DNA from: Spirochaetia bacterium
GTDB lineage: Bacteria > Spirochaetota > Spirochaetia > SZUA-6 > Bin103
Assembly (NCBI GenBank): GCA_965203055.1
Contig: OZ241863.1
Coordinates: forward strand, 3,712,001 to 3,776,000
Direction: 5' to 3'
DNA: 64,000 bases
The notes under the pieces are model-generated. The model ran no database searches and had not been told where the DNA came from. It saw nothing but the letters and a program-made list of their open reading frames with translations. The position numbers were made by a program, and so were the translations under genes. Positions 17,627 to 26,945 of this stretch are shown in pieces (position 1 is the first letter of the stretch; the number at the start of each line of letters is the position of its first letter).

Positions 17627-19636
17627 TCAGCCGGGCCAGTACCATTGCTCGGCCTGGTACGGCATGAACATGAACGGCCCGCCCTGCCACATGCCCTCGG
17701 TGGGGGTGTTGGCCAGCTCCCGGTTGAACACGATCGGAATCGGCGGCATGCCGATGATCCCGATCGAACGCAGGCTGCGGGCGTGGATCTCCAGCATCTC
17801 CGCGCCGAGCTGCAGGTACTCGTCGGAGCCGGGCTCGGTCTGCTGCCAGCGGCTCGCCACGTCGTAGAGCTGAATCACGTCGTCGGGCGGCTGGACGCCC
17901 TCGGCGCCGCCGGTAACGATCCATCGCTCCCAGTCGCGGCCACTCTTGCGCGAGCCCCACTTCGCCAGGATCTTGAAGGCGCCGGGGTTCTGGAACATCA
18001 GCGCTTCCATCGACTCGCCGAGGTAGTAGACGCCGACCTGGATTTCGCCGGCTTCGCGCCGCGCCACGCCCAGGTTGCTCTCCAGCTTCTTGACCGCGAC
18101 CTGCACGCCGACCGCCTCCCAGTACTCCTTGACCAGTTCGGAGTAGTCGACGAACACCTGATGCACGGTTTCGACCGTCACCTGCAGCGGCTGGCCGTCG
18201 GGGCGCAGGCGGACGCTGCGGTCCGCGTTCCACTCCAGGCCCATCTCGTCCAACAGCTCGTTGGCGCGGTCCGGGTCGTACTCGGCGAAGTAGTCGCCGG
18301 TCCAATCCACGTAGAAGGAGGTATTGGGCAGCGCCGCCGCCTGCATCGGCTCGGCGCGGTCGAACGCCAGCACCTTGATGATTTCCTCGCGGTCGATCGC
18401 CAGCGACATCGCCTGCCGGAAGCGGAGGTCCTCGAAGATGGCGCGCAGCACCTCATCCTTGTAGCCGAAGTTGAAGTCGTAGGTGGTACGTCCGTTGACC
18501 GCCTGCGGCCACACCATCACGCGGTAGCCCTGCGCCTGTTCGTTCTCCTTGTACAGGGTGTACTCCTTGAGCGGCAGGTCCCACCCCACGTAGTCGAACT
18601 CGCCGCTGACCAGCTTCAGCGTGCGCACCTCCCGGTTCTCCACCAGCACGCGCACCTGTTCGTCGACATACGGCAACTGATTGCCGGCGGTGTCCACCTT
18701 GTAGAAGTAGGGATTGCGCGTGTAGTACTTGCTGCCGGCCGAGTCGACCCGGTCCAGCACCCAGGTATCGAGCGCCGGGCGGTCCAGGTTCTCGCTCGCG
18801 TCGCGCGCGATGCGCTGCGCCGCGAAGCGGCTGTACCAGTTGTCGAAGCCGGCCGCCTGCGCCTCGGCCTCCGCCGCGTCGTTGTAGTTGACGTGGAACT
18901 GCTCCAGATAGTGCCTCGGGTGCAGCAGGATCGGCTCGTGGGTCAGCGTCAGGATCGGCAGAATCGGCGGAAAGGGCACCGCGAACGAGAGCCGGAAGGT
19001 ATGGTCGTCGATCACCTCCAGGTCCATGAACTCCCCGCCGGGGCTGAGGTTGCCGGGCGTTACCGGGGTCAGCTCCTTGTTCAGCAGGACGTCGCGGTAG
19101 GCGAACTCCACGTCCGCGGTGGTGACCGGCGCGCCGTCGGACCACTTCAGCCCCTTGCGCAACGAGACCGTGATCGCCGACAGGTCGTCGTTCAGATCCC
19201 AGCCGGTTGCAATCGCAGCCACCACGGTGGTGAAGTCGGACTCGTAGGCGAACAGATTCTGCTGCCGGGCACGGTGGATGTCGAGTCCCGCGGTAGTGGG
19301 GCTCAACGCCGGCGCGCGAATCGAACCGCCGTAGGAACCAATGGCATCCTTGGGACTCACCACCATCGGCTCGTCGGGGAGCCGTTCGCCGACCGGTGGC
19401 AGGTCGCCGGCCGCCACCAGCGCGGCCAGCACCGGCGCCTCGTTGAAACTCGCAATCGTGTTGCCGGTTTCACGCTCGTAATCGGCCAGCGTGGCGTAGT
19501 TGATGATCTCGCCGCCGGTCGCCATCGCGGCGCCCGCGGCTTCGGCGGCTGCCGGTTGTTCTTCGTCCGCGCCCCCGAAGGCGAGGCCGGCCGTAAACGC
19601 CAACGCGGCCGCGGCCGCGTACCAACTTCGTCGCAT
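17627..19636 (-). CDS. family 5 ABC substrate-binding protein (probably sugar or oligosaccharide)
   Basis: ATG at 19636 with GGAG; signal peptide; LPPVGERLP..P, KWSDG.P.T..DV, RNPYFYKVD..GNQLPY, FRQAMSLAIDR. Confidence 0.92.
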   Translation of the reverse strand: MRRSWYAAAAALAFTAGLAFGGADEEQPAAAEAAGAAMATGGEIINYATLADYERETGNTIASFNEAPVLAALVAAGDLPPVGERLPDEPMVVSPKDAIGSYGGSIRAPALSPTTAGLDIHRARQQNLFAYESDFTTVVAAIATGWDLNDDLSAITVSLRKGLKWSDGAPVTTADVEFAYRDVLLNKELTPVTPGNLSPGGEFMDLEVIDDHTFRLSFAVPFPPILPILTLTHEPILLHPRHYLEQFHVNYNDAAEAEAQAAGFDNWYSRFAAQRIARDASENLDRPALDTWVLDRVDSAGSKYYTRNPYFYKVDTAGNQLPYVDEQVRVLVENREVRTLKLVSGEFDYVGWDLPLKEYTLYKENEQAQGYRVMVWPQAVNGRTTYDFNFGYKDEVLRAIFEDLRFRQAMSLAIDREEIIKVLAFDRAEPMQAAALPNTSFYVDWTGDYFAEYDPDRANELLDEMGLEWNADRSVRLRPDGQPLQVTVETVHQVFVDYSELVKEYWEAVGVQVAVKKLESNLGVARREAGEIQVGVYYLGESMEALMFQNPGAFKILAKWGSRKSGRDWERWIVTGGAEGVQPPDDVIQLYDVASRWQQTEPGSDEYLQLGAEMLEIHARSLRSIGIIGMPPIPIVFNRELANTPTEGMWQGGPFMFMPYQAEQWYWPG

Positions 19637-19703
19637 AGCACACTCCTTTGCCGGAGACGAGCAGGATGACACCCGGCCCTCGACACCCAGGGGACAGAAT
19701 TGA

Positions 19704-19740
19704 TATACACTATACCCCAATCGGGAAACAGTGTATAGCG
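19704..19740. promoter_or_regulatory. operator copy A
   Basis: TATACACT (19704-19711) / AGTGTATA (19730-19737) inverted repeat directly downstream of the -10 box; 30/37 identical to 21831-21867. Confidence 0.7.
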
Positions 19741-19744
19741 AGCA

Positions 19745-19773
19745 ATTATACGACCGGGCCGCCGGCATGTCAA
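19745..19773 (-). promoter_or_regulatory. perfect-consensus sigma70 promoter of the binding-protein gene
   Basis: Minus strand: TTGACA (19773-19768), N17, TATAAT (19750-19745). Confidence 0.9.
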
Positions 19774-19822
19774 GTCAATCGGCCTGCCCTGCCGGCGCCC
19801 CCTTGACGCCGCGCGCGCCCGT

Positions 19823-21808
19823 TCATGGCGCCAGCGGCAGCCAGACCGTCATGGCGCAGTTCCCCCGATTGTGCCATGCGAAGTAGGGGATCAGGCGGAT
19901 GGGGACCGGCGCCTGTTCCCGGCGTTCGCCCCGGCGGTAGAGCTCGTGCTCCCAGGGCCGGCCGGCGGCGCGGACTGCCGTCCCTTCCAGCACCGCCACC
20001 CCGCCCAGAAGCTCCCGTTCATAGCGCGCTTGCGGCGCAAAGTCGCGCGGCAGGTGAATCTCGTCGAGCGGCGTCCCCTCGCTCAAGTCCGCGGCCTCCA
20101 GGCAGTACACTACCGGCCCGCGCACCACCGCGGCCTGATTGCGGTCCTGCTCCAGCCGCGGGTTGGCGGTCACCAGCTCGGCGCGCAACGGGAGCGTAAG
20201 CGTCACCCGGTCGCCGGCCCGCCACTGCCGCCGGACGGCAACGTAGCTGCCGGCCGCCGCCGCGGCCGGCGCGGCTCCGGCCACGCTCAGCTCGGCGCCG
20301 TGCGCCCAGCCCGGGACCCGCAGGTGCAGAGTGAACGGTTGCGGCGGCGGCTCCTGCACGGTAACGACGATCCGTCCGTCCCACGGGTAGGCGGTGTCCT
20401 GGGTGAGGGCCAGCCTGCCGCCGGCCACCTCCGTCTCCAGGCGGCTGCCGCCGTAGAGATGCACCCACACGGCGTCCTCCGCCAGCCCGTACGCCCAGCG
20501 GTGCACCTTGGCGATGGTGCGCGCCACCTGCGGCGGGCAGCAGTAGCAGCGATGGGTGAACCAGCGCTCGGGCGTATCGTTGCTGAGCTGCCGGTGGTCC
20601 GCGCCGTGCCAGCGCAACGGGTTGGTGTAGCAGAACCTGGTGCCGTCGGCGCTCATCCCCGACAGCCCGCTGTTGTAGAGCACCTGCTCCAGCACGTCCG
20701 CGTACCCGGCCTCGCCGGTCAGCGCCGCCATGCGCCGCGCCCACATCGCCTGACCGATGTTGGCGCAGGTCTCGGTGTAGGCGGTCGCGTTGGGCAAGTC
20801 GTGCGGCAGTCCGAATGCCTCGTGCACCGGATCGCGCCGGATCGAAGCGCTGAAGTGATGCGCGCCAACCGCGCCGGTCAGATACAGCTTGGTGGCGGCC
20901 ACGTCGCGCCAGATGCGCTCCAGCGCCTGCCGCAGCGCCGTTTCTCCCGTCTCCGAGTACACGTCCGCGGCGCCCGCCCACAGATAGGTCGCGGTCACCG
21001 CATGCCCGACCGCGGCGGTCTCGTCCCGGAGCGGCACCCGATCCTGGTTCTGGTCGCCGGTCACCCCCGGATCGGGCGCGGAGCCGCGGTTGCTCACGAA
21101 CACCCCGGCGAGGTCCAGGTAACGCCGCTCGCCGGTCACCCGATACAGGTCCACGAGGCCGACGATCTGCGATGGATTGAACCCGAAGTTGGCCAGCTCG
21201 GCCGGCGTCGGCAGGAATACTCCGCACAGGTAGTCGGCCAGCTTGACCGCGACCGCCAGCAGGTTGCGCTTGCCGGTCGCCTCGTAGTGCACCGCGGCCG
21301 CGGAACAGCAGTGGCCGGCGTTGTACAGCTCATGGTCGTGGACGTCCTGCCAGCGCTGCTTGTGCGGATTCAAGGTGATCTGCGTGTTGAGGTAGCCATC
21401 CGGCTCTTGCGCCGCGCCAATCCAGTCGATCACCTCGTCCATCTGCCGGTCCAAGGCGCGGTCGCGGGTTACGCCGTACACGTGGGCCATCGCCTCCAGC
21501 CACTTGTAGCAGTCGCCGTCGCTCCAGTGGCGACCGGCGTGCGTGCCCTCCTCCAGTCCGGCCGCAATCCGGAAATAGGCCAGCCGCGCCTTGTTGGCAG
21601 GATCCTCGAGCGCTCGCCGCATGCTCGGAAGAACCGTGTGGTGGCAGAGTTCGAACCGATCAGCCCAGAAGCCGCCGGTCCAGCGGCTCTGCCCCAGCGC
21701 CGGCGCTCTCATCCGGGCATGCGGACTGCGGTGGTGATACTTGGAACGCCGGCCCTGCAACCGCCCGTCAGCGGCCGCCGGCGCGGCCGCGTACCAACTT
21801 CCTCGCAT
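19823..21808 (-). CDS. glycoside hydrolase family 127 (beta-L-arabinofuranosidase-like)
   Basis: WSDGDCYKWLEA, HELYNAGH, VGHAV, HEAFG, YTETCA, CYCCPP, RGPVVYCLE, LIPYFAW.NRG. Confidence 0.92.
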   Translation of the reverse strand: MRGSWYAAAPAAADGRLQGRRSKYHHRSPHARMRAPALGQSRWTGGFWADRFELCHHTVLPSMRRALEDPANKARLAYFRIAAGLEEGTHAGRHWSDGDCYKWLEAMAHVYGVTRDRALDRQMDEVIDWIGAAQEPDGYLNTQITLNPHKQRWQDVHDHELYNAGHCCSAAAVHYEATGKRNLLAVAVKLADYLCGVFLPTPAELANFGFNPSQIVGLVDLYRVTGERRYLDLAGVFVSNRGSAPDPGVTGDQNQDRVPLRDETAAVGHAVTATYLWAGAADVYSETGETALRQALERIWRDVAATKLYLTGAVGAHHFSASIRRDPVHEAFGLPHDLPNATAYTETCANIGQAMWARRMAALTGEAGYADVLEQVLYNSGLSGMSADGTRFCYTNPLRWHGADHRQLSNDTPERWFTHRCYCCPPQVARTIAKVHRWAYGLAEDAVWVHLYGGSRLETEVAGGRLALTQDTAYPWDGRIVVTVQEPPPQPFTLHLRVPGWAHGAELSVAGAAPAAAAAGSYVAVRRQWRAGDRVTLTLPLRAELVTANPRLEQDRNQAAVVRGPVVYCLEAADLSEGTPLDEIHLPRDFAPQARYERELLGGVAVLEGTAVRAAGRPWEHELYRRGERREQAPVPIRLIPYFAWHNRGNCAMTVWLPLAP

Positions 21809-21830
21809 AGCACACACTCCTCTTCCTTGC

Positions 21831-21867
21831 TACATATTATGCACCAATAGTGAAACAGTGTATAGCG
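21831..21867. promoter_or_regulatory. operator copy B, upstream of GH127
   Basis: TACATATTATGCACCAATAGTGAAACAGTGTATAGCG; the last 16 nt are identical to copy A. Confidence 0.7.
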
Positions 21868-21882
21868 CAGCCACCGGGCAGC

Positions 21883-22803
21883 TCAGTCGAGGGTGACGAC
21901 TCCTTTGATGTAGGTCGGGTCGCCGGAGGCCACCTGCGCCAGGAGGTCGGGATAGTCTTCCAGCGGGACGGTGTGGGTGATCAGGGGCTGCAGGTCGATG
22001 ATGCCCTTGGCGAGCAGGCGGATGGCCGGCGGGAAGGGATCGCGGATCTGGGAGCCGGGCGCCGAGTTCACCACCGTGAAGCCGCCGAGGTGCCAACGGT
22101 CGCCGGGGAACGTGGGCCGGCCGTGGTTCCAGCCGAACAGGTTGAGGCGCCCGCCGCGGGCGAGCAGCTCCGCGGCCAGGTCGAGGCCGGCCTGGGCGCC
22201 GCTGGCGTCCACCACGCAGTCGAACGGCTCCTCCGCCGCCAGCGCGGCGTCCTGCGGGTGATGCGCCGCGTCCACGCCGAAGCGGCGCGCCAACTCCAGC
22301 CGGTCGCGGTTCACGTCGACCGCGGCCAGATGGCCGGCGCAGGAGCGCGCCAGTCCCTGTATCAGCATCAGTCCCATGAATCCGCAGCCGACCACGGCGA
22401 TGCGGTCGCCGGCCTTGACCGGCGTGTGGTCGAGGCCGGTCACCACGCAGCTCACCGGTTCCACGATCCAGCGCTGCAGGGGAATGGCGCTGTCGGGGGG
22501 AATCCGGTGGGCGCGCTGCGCGGCGACGTTGTGCACGGTGGCGAAGCCGCGCGCCACCACGGCGTCGCCCTCCGCCACCCCGGTGACGCCGCGGCCGACC
22601 TTGATGACGCGGCCCACGCCCTCGTGTCCGGCGGGCGCCGCGCTGGCCGCGTCGCTGCCGCGGCGGTAGGTGAACAGGTCCCACGCGCAGATGCCGCAGG
22701 CGACCGCGCGCACCTGCACCTCGCCCGGTCCGGGGTCGGCGACCGCCACCTCCACCAGCCGCACGCCCCCGCCCGGCTGGTACTCGATGCTCCGTGCCTT
22801 CAT
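21883..22803 (-). CDS. Zn-dependent (MDR) alcohol/polyol dehydrogenase
   Basis: CGICAWD, GHEGVG, VVGCGFMG, LITH. Confidence 0.88.
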   Translation of the reverse strand: MKARSIEYQPGGGVRLVEVAVADPGPGEVQVRAVACGICAWDLFTYRRGSDAASAAPAGHEGVGRVIKVGRGVTGVAEGDAVVARGFATVHNVAAQRAHRIPPDSAIPLQRWIVEPVSCVVTGLDHTPVKAGDRIAVVGCGFMGLMLIQGLARSCAGHLAAVDVNRDRLELARRFGVDAAHHPQDAALAAEEPFDCVVDASGAQAGLDLAAELLARGGRLNLFGWNHGRPTFPGDRWHLGGFTVVNSAPGSQIRDPFPPAIRLLAKGIIDLQPLITHTVPLEDYPDLLAQVASGDPTYIKGVVTLD

Positions 22804-22910
22804 CGCTCCACGGTCGCATGCCGGCGCGCCGTTGCTCAACCCGGCGAGCCGCCCGCCCCGCCCGCCGCCGCCGGTTGCCCCGCTCAGCGGCCCGTGACGA
22901 TCATTGCCGC

Positions 22911-23864
22911 GTGGCCGGCGCCGCCCGCACCTTTTCGCCAGCTCCCCTCCTCGCCCTCCTGCTGCTCGCCGCCGGCGCTGTGGTTGCCTCCTGCGCGCTG
23001 AACGAGGAGTGGATCTCGCTGATCGGCCGGCGCGGCTTCGAGCCGGGCCAGTTCTTCCGCCCCGCGCACCTGGCGGTCGACGCCGCCGGCTATCTCTACG
23101 TGGCCGACACCGACAACCACCGCGTGCAGAAGCTCACGCCGGAGGGGGAGTTCGTGGCGGCGTTCGGCGCCTGGGGTTCGGCGCCGGGGCAGTTCCTGGG
23201 GCTGAGCGGACTGGCGGTCGGGGCCGACGGGGCGATCTATACGGTGGAGTTCACCAATCACCGGGTCCAGAAGTTCACCGCCGACGGCCGGCTGCTGGCG
23301 GCCTGGGGCGGCAACGGCGGCGGCCCGGGCGAGTTCGCCCAGCCGCGCGCGGTGGCCGCGGCGCCGGACGGCAGCATCTTCGTGGCCGACACCGGCAACC
23401 ATCGCATCCAGCACTTGAGCGGCGCTGGCGAGTTCCTCAACGCCTGGGGCCGGGAGGGCCGCCATCCCGGGGAGTTCCGCGAGATCAGGGCACTGGCGGT
23501 CGATTCGCAGGGCAACGTGTACGCGGCCGACGCTCACAATCACCGGGTGCAGAAGTTCACCGCCGGCGGGGCGTTCGTGGCCGAGTGGGGCCGCCGCGGG
23601 CGTACCGCCGGCGACTTCATCTTCCCCTCCGGCCTGGTGGTGGACGACCGCGACCGCGTGTACGTGGCCGACCGCTCCAACTACCGGGTGCAGGTGATCG
23701 GCCCGCACGGCGCCATCGTGGACCTCATCGAGGTGGGCTACGTTCGGGCCGGCACGCGCGCGGTGATCGGCCCCCTGGCGTGGGCGGCGGGCGCCCTGTA
23801 CGCCGCGGACACCTTCAACCACGTGGTGCTGCGCATCGACCTGGAGGCGCGGCGCAGCCGGTGA
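22911..23864 (+). CDS. exported NHL-repeat beta-propeller protein, probable lipoprotein
   Basis: Hydrophobic N-terminus with VASC lipobox; 5-6 repeats of G.F..P..AVD..G..YVADT.NHRVQK; start uncertain. Confidence 0.85.
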   Translation: MAGAARTFSPAPLLALLLLAAGAVVASCALNEEWISLIGRRGFEPGQFFRPAHLAVDAAGYLYVADTDNHRVQKLTPEGEFVAAFGAWGSAPGQFLGLSGLAVGADGAIYTVEFTNHRVQKFTADGRLLAAWGGNGGGPGEFAQPRAVAAAPDGSIFVADTGNHRIQHLSGAGEFLNAWGREGRHPGEFREIRALAVDSQGNVYAADAHNHRVQKFTAGGAFVAEWGRRGRTAGDFIFPSGLVVDDRDRVYVADRSNYRVQVIGPHGAIVDLIEVGYVRAGTRAVIGPLAWAAGALYAADTFNHVVLRIDLEARRSR

Positions 23865-23882
23865 TCGAGCTTTCCGGCCCGG

Positions 23883-25028
23883 TCAGAGACTGTGATAGGG
23901 GTCGGCGGAGTCGCGCAGGCCGTCGCCCACGAAGTTGAAGCAGAGCACGATCACGATCACGCACAGCGCCGGCAGCAGCATCCACGGATGGGTGGTCAGG
24001 GTGGCGACGTTCTGGGCGTCGATCAGCGCCGTGCCGAGGCTCACCGCCGGCGGGCGGATGCCGAAGCCGAGGAAGCTCAACGCCGTCTCCCCCAGGATCA
24101 TGCCGGGGATGCGCAACGAGATGTCCACCACAAGATAGCTGGTGAAGGAGGGCAGCAGATGCTCGCGAATGATCGGCAGCTCCTTCTTGCCGGCGATGCG
24201 CGCGGCGGTGACGAAGTCGGCTTCGCGCAGCTCCAGCAGCTTGCCGCGCACCACCCGCGCCAAGCCGGTCCACCCGACCAGCGACAGGATCACGGTAATG
24301 CCGAAGTAGACGCCGATGATCGACCAGGTCGGCGGCAGGGCCGCGCTCAGCGCCAGCCACAGCGGAATGGTGGGAATGGAGATCAGGATCTCCACCAGCC
24401 GCTGGATGCCGTTGTCCACCCAGCCGCCGAAGTACCCCGAGAGGCCGCCCAGCAGGCAGCCGAGAATGAAGGCCAGGAACACCCCGACCAGACCGACGCT
24501 GAGCGAGATGCGCGAGGCGACGATGATCCGCGAGAGGACGTCGCGCCCCAGCCGCTCGGTACCCAGCAGGTACACGTAGCCGTCTTCGGCGCGGGTGCCG
24601 AAGAAGTGCAGGTCGCTCTTGAACAGCCCCCACAGGCGGTACTCCCCGGCGCGGACGAACAGGCCGAGGCGAAACCGTTGGCTCGGGTCGACGGTGAACT
24701 CCTCGCGAAACGTCTCCGGGTTGCGTTCGCTGCGGTACCCGTAGACGTAGGGCGCAGTCAGCCGTCCATCCTCGAAGAGGCGAATCCGTTGCGGGGGGGC
24801 GAAGCGCAGCGCGGTGTTGCGGTCGAGCTTGTCGTACGGGGCGAAGAACTCGGCGAAGATGGCAATGAAGTAGAACACTCCGAGGATGGTCATGCCGAGC
24901 ACCGCAAGGTGGTGGCGGCGGAACTTGCGCCACACCAGTTGCCACTGGGAGGCGATGAAGTACTGCTCCTGAAGGTCGTCGGCCGCGGCGGCGCCGGCAG
25001 CCGGCGGCGCGAGGAGCTGGCTGCTCAC
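23883..25028 (-). CDS. peptide/nickel-type ABC permease (OppC-like), paralogue of 15367-16506
   Basis: ASQWQLVWRKF, GTERLGRD, NFVGDGLRDSADPY. Confidence 0.92.
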   Translation of the reverse strand: MSSQLLAPPAAGAAAADDLQEQYFIASQWQLVWRKFRRHHLAVLGMTILGVFYFIAIFAEFFAPYDKLDRNTALRFAPPQRIRLFEDGRLTAPYVYGYRSERNPETFREEFTVDPSQRFRLGLFVRAGEYRLWGLFKSDLHFFGTRAEDGYVYLLGTERLGRDVLSRIIVASRISLSVGLVGVFLAFILGCLLGGLSGYFGGWVDNGIQRLVEILISIPTIPLWLALSAALPPTWSIIGVYFGITVILSLVGWTGLARVVRGKLLELREADFVTAARIAGKKELPIIREHLLPSFTSYLVVDISLRIPGMILGETALSFLGFGIRPPAVSLGTALIDAQNVATLTTHPWMLLPALCVIVIVLCFNFVGDGLRDSADPYHSL

Positions 25029-26023
25029 GCCGCGGAACTCCGCTCCATGCGGATGCGCGGGTCGACCAGCACCAGCAGGAGGTCCGAGATCAACGTGCCG
25101 ATCACGGTCAGCAGGCTGAGCACCACGATGATGCTGCCGGCCAGGTACATGTCCTGCTGCAGGAGCGCGGTGAGCAGCAACGGTCCGGTGGTGGGCAGGC
25201 TCAGCACGATGGCGGTTACCGTGGCCCCGGAGATGATATCCGGGAGCAGCCAGCCGATGGTGCTCACCAGCGGGTTGACGGCGATGCGCACCGGATACTT
25301 GAACAGCAGGCGCCGCTCCACCACCCCCTTGGAGCGCGCGGTGATCACGTACTGCTTGCGCAGCTCATCCAGCATGGTGGCGCGCATGATGCGGACCAGC
25401 GCCGCGGTGCCGGCGGTTCCCACCACCACGATCGGCACCGGCAGGTGGGTGATCAGGTCCCACAGCTTCGCCAGGCTGAACGGCGCGGTCACCATCTCCG
25501 GCGAGAACAACCCGCCGATGGTCACGCCGAACCAGCGGCTGAACAGGAACATCAGGATCAGGGCAAGCAGGAAGTTGGGCGTCGCCAGCCCGATGAACCC
25601 GACGGTGGTGACCGAGTAGTCGGTCAGGGAGTACTGGTGGGTCGCCGAGTAGATGCCGATCGGGATCGCCATGGCGAACGTGAACAGGGTGGTCAGCAGG
25701 GTGATAAGCGCGGTCAGCGGCACCCGTTCGGCGAGCATGTCGGTCACCTTCTGGCGGGTGGCGAACGACTGCCCCAGATCGAGGGTGATCAGGTTCCCCA
25801 TCCACTTGAAGTACTGCACCAGCACCGGTTGATTGAGCCCGTAGCGGTTTTCCAGGCCCGCCAGCTCTTCGCGGTCGGTCTCGATGCCGCGGTCGCGGAG
25901 CTGCTGGATGTAGATGTCTAGGTAGTCGCCCGGCGGCAACTGGATCACGACGAAGGCGAGGATCGAAATCCCCAGCAAGGTGATCAGCATGTAGCCGACG
26001 CGGCGCACCAGGTACTGAATCAC
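25025..26023 (-). CDS. peptide/nickel-type ABC permease (OppB-like), paralogue of 16533-17522
   Basis: IQLPPGDY, YVITARSKG, DPRIR. Confidence 0.92.
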   Translation of the reverse strand: MIQYLVRRVGYMLITLLGISILAFVVIQLPPGDYLDIYIQQLRDRGIETDREELAGLENRYGLNQPVLVQYFKWMGNLITLDLGQSFATRQKVTDMLAERVPLTALITLLTTLFTFAMAIPIGIYSATHQYSLTDYSVTTVGFIGLATPNFLLALILMFLFSRWFGVTIGGLFSPEMVTAPFSLAKLWDLITHLPVPIVVVGTAGTAALVRIMRATMLDELRKQYVITARSKGVVERRLLFKYPVRIAVNPLVSTIGWLLPDIISGATVTAIVLSLPTTGPLLLTALLQQDMYLAGSIIVVLSLLTVIGTLISDLLLVLVDPRIRMERSSAA

Positions 26024-26039
26024 CGTTCGCCCGAGATGC

Positions 26040-26345
26040 CTATACCGGGTGAGTCCGGCGTGATCTCACCGCGGCGCCCCTGCGGGAACCGGCGGTGATT
26101 ATCACGTCAATGAGTTTCGTCAGGGCGGCCGTCACGCTTTTCTGGTACTCTTCCTTCAGCGGTTCCTGCGACAGCAGGTCCCGATACTGTTCCACAGAGT
26201 CCCCAAATACCGGTTTGATCAGAGACTCCAAGGTGGCAGCCATTTCGTCTTCTCGGTGAATATCCCAGATCACCTCGCTAAGGCGTAGTGCGATCTCATG
26301 TCCATCGTTGGTACCAATCAATCTCACTTTTTCGACATCGGTCAC
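26040..26345 (-). CDS. hypothetical protein (lower GC)
   Basis: 101-aa ORF coupled to the upstream ORF by a GTGA overlap; AT-richer codons. Confidence 0.5.
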   Translation of the reverse strand: MTDVEKVRLIGTNDGHEIALRLSEVIWDIHREDEMAATLESLIKPVFGDSVEQYRDLLSQEPLKEEYQKSVTAALTKLIDVIITAGSRRGAAVRSRRTHPV

Positions 26346-26578
26346 CCTAACATCTCCTCCAAAGCCTGCGATACTGTCTTGTATACCTGATAATTCATCA
26401 TTTCCTGCTGCTTCTGCTCTTCGTCTCTGCGTTTCTGCTCTTCGTCCCTCCGCTCCTGAAGATCAAGCGATTTTCTAACGTTGAGCGCCGAGCGCCAGGC
26501 GGCAATTGCCGTCACACAACTCGCTACCGAAAGAACGAAAGTCGCCCCGAGGGTGAGCGTGTCGAATATGGTCGGCAC
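26342..26578 (-). CDS. small membrane-anchored coiled-coil protein
   Basis: 78 aa; N-terminal TM, RRDEEQK twice; GGAG upstream. Confidence 0.55.
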   Translation of the reverse strand: MPTIFDTLTLGATFVLSVASCVTAIAAWRSALNVRKSLDLQERRDEEQKRRDEEQKQQEMMNYQVYKTVSQALEEMLG

Positions 26579-26661
26579 TATCAGCTACTCCAACCGGCCC
26601 CAGGCGGCCAACGACCGGCCATGACGGAAGCGTATCGCTTTCGGCGCTTTTGTCAACCGAC

Positions 26662-26900
26662 CCGAATGATGAGACGCCATCGGGGTGTCGCGGGCCGACA
26701 TTCGCACGGTCACTGCCGCCGTGCCGCGTGGTGGCGCCGTGCCGCGTGGTGGCGCCGGAGATGATGCGGCGCACCTTCCCGGTTGGATCGTGAACGTTCG
26801 GCAGCATCGCCGGCCTCCACGGGCACCCGGGGAGGCGGCCTTGTCGACGCTGGCCAGAGGTCACCCGGTCTACGGTATGGCCAAGGCAGCGGTCCGCCAG
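26662..26900 (+). pseudogene. degenerate partial duplicate of the adjacent SDR gene
   Basis: Aligns with about 27497-27702 (GGGGTGTCGC..GCCGGAGATGATGCGGCGCA..GGCAGCATCGCCGGCCTCCACGGGCACCC..TACGG.ATGGCCAAGGC), with frameshifts and an 18-nt tandem duplication at 26718-26753. Confidence 0.85.
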
Positions 26901-26945
26901 CGCGCGTTTGACGAGCGCAGCATCCCAGCCTATACCTTGTCAGGC

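Noticed and set aside
26662..26900. Possible DGR template repeat for the SDR gene
   Set aside because: The differences are indels and mixed substitutions rather than adenine-specific, and there is no RT; simple decay fits better.
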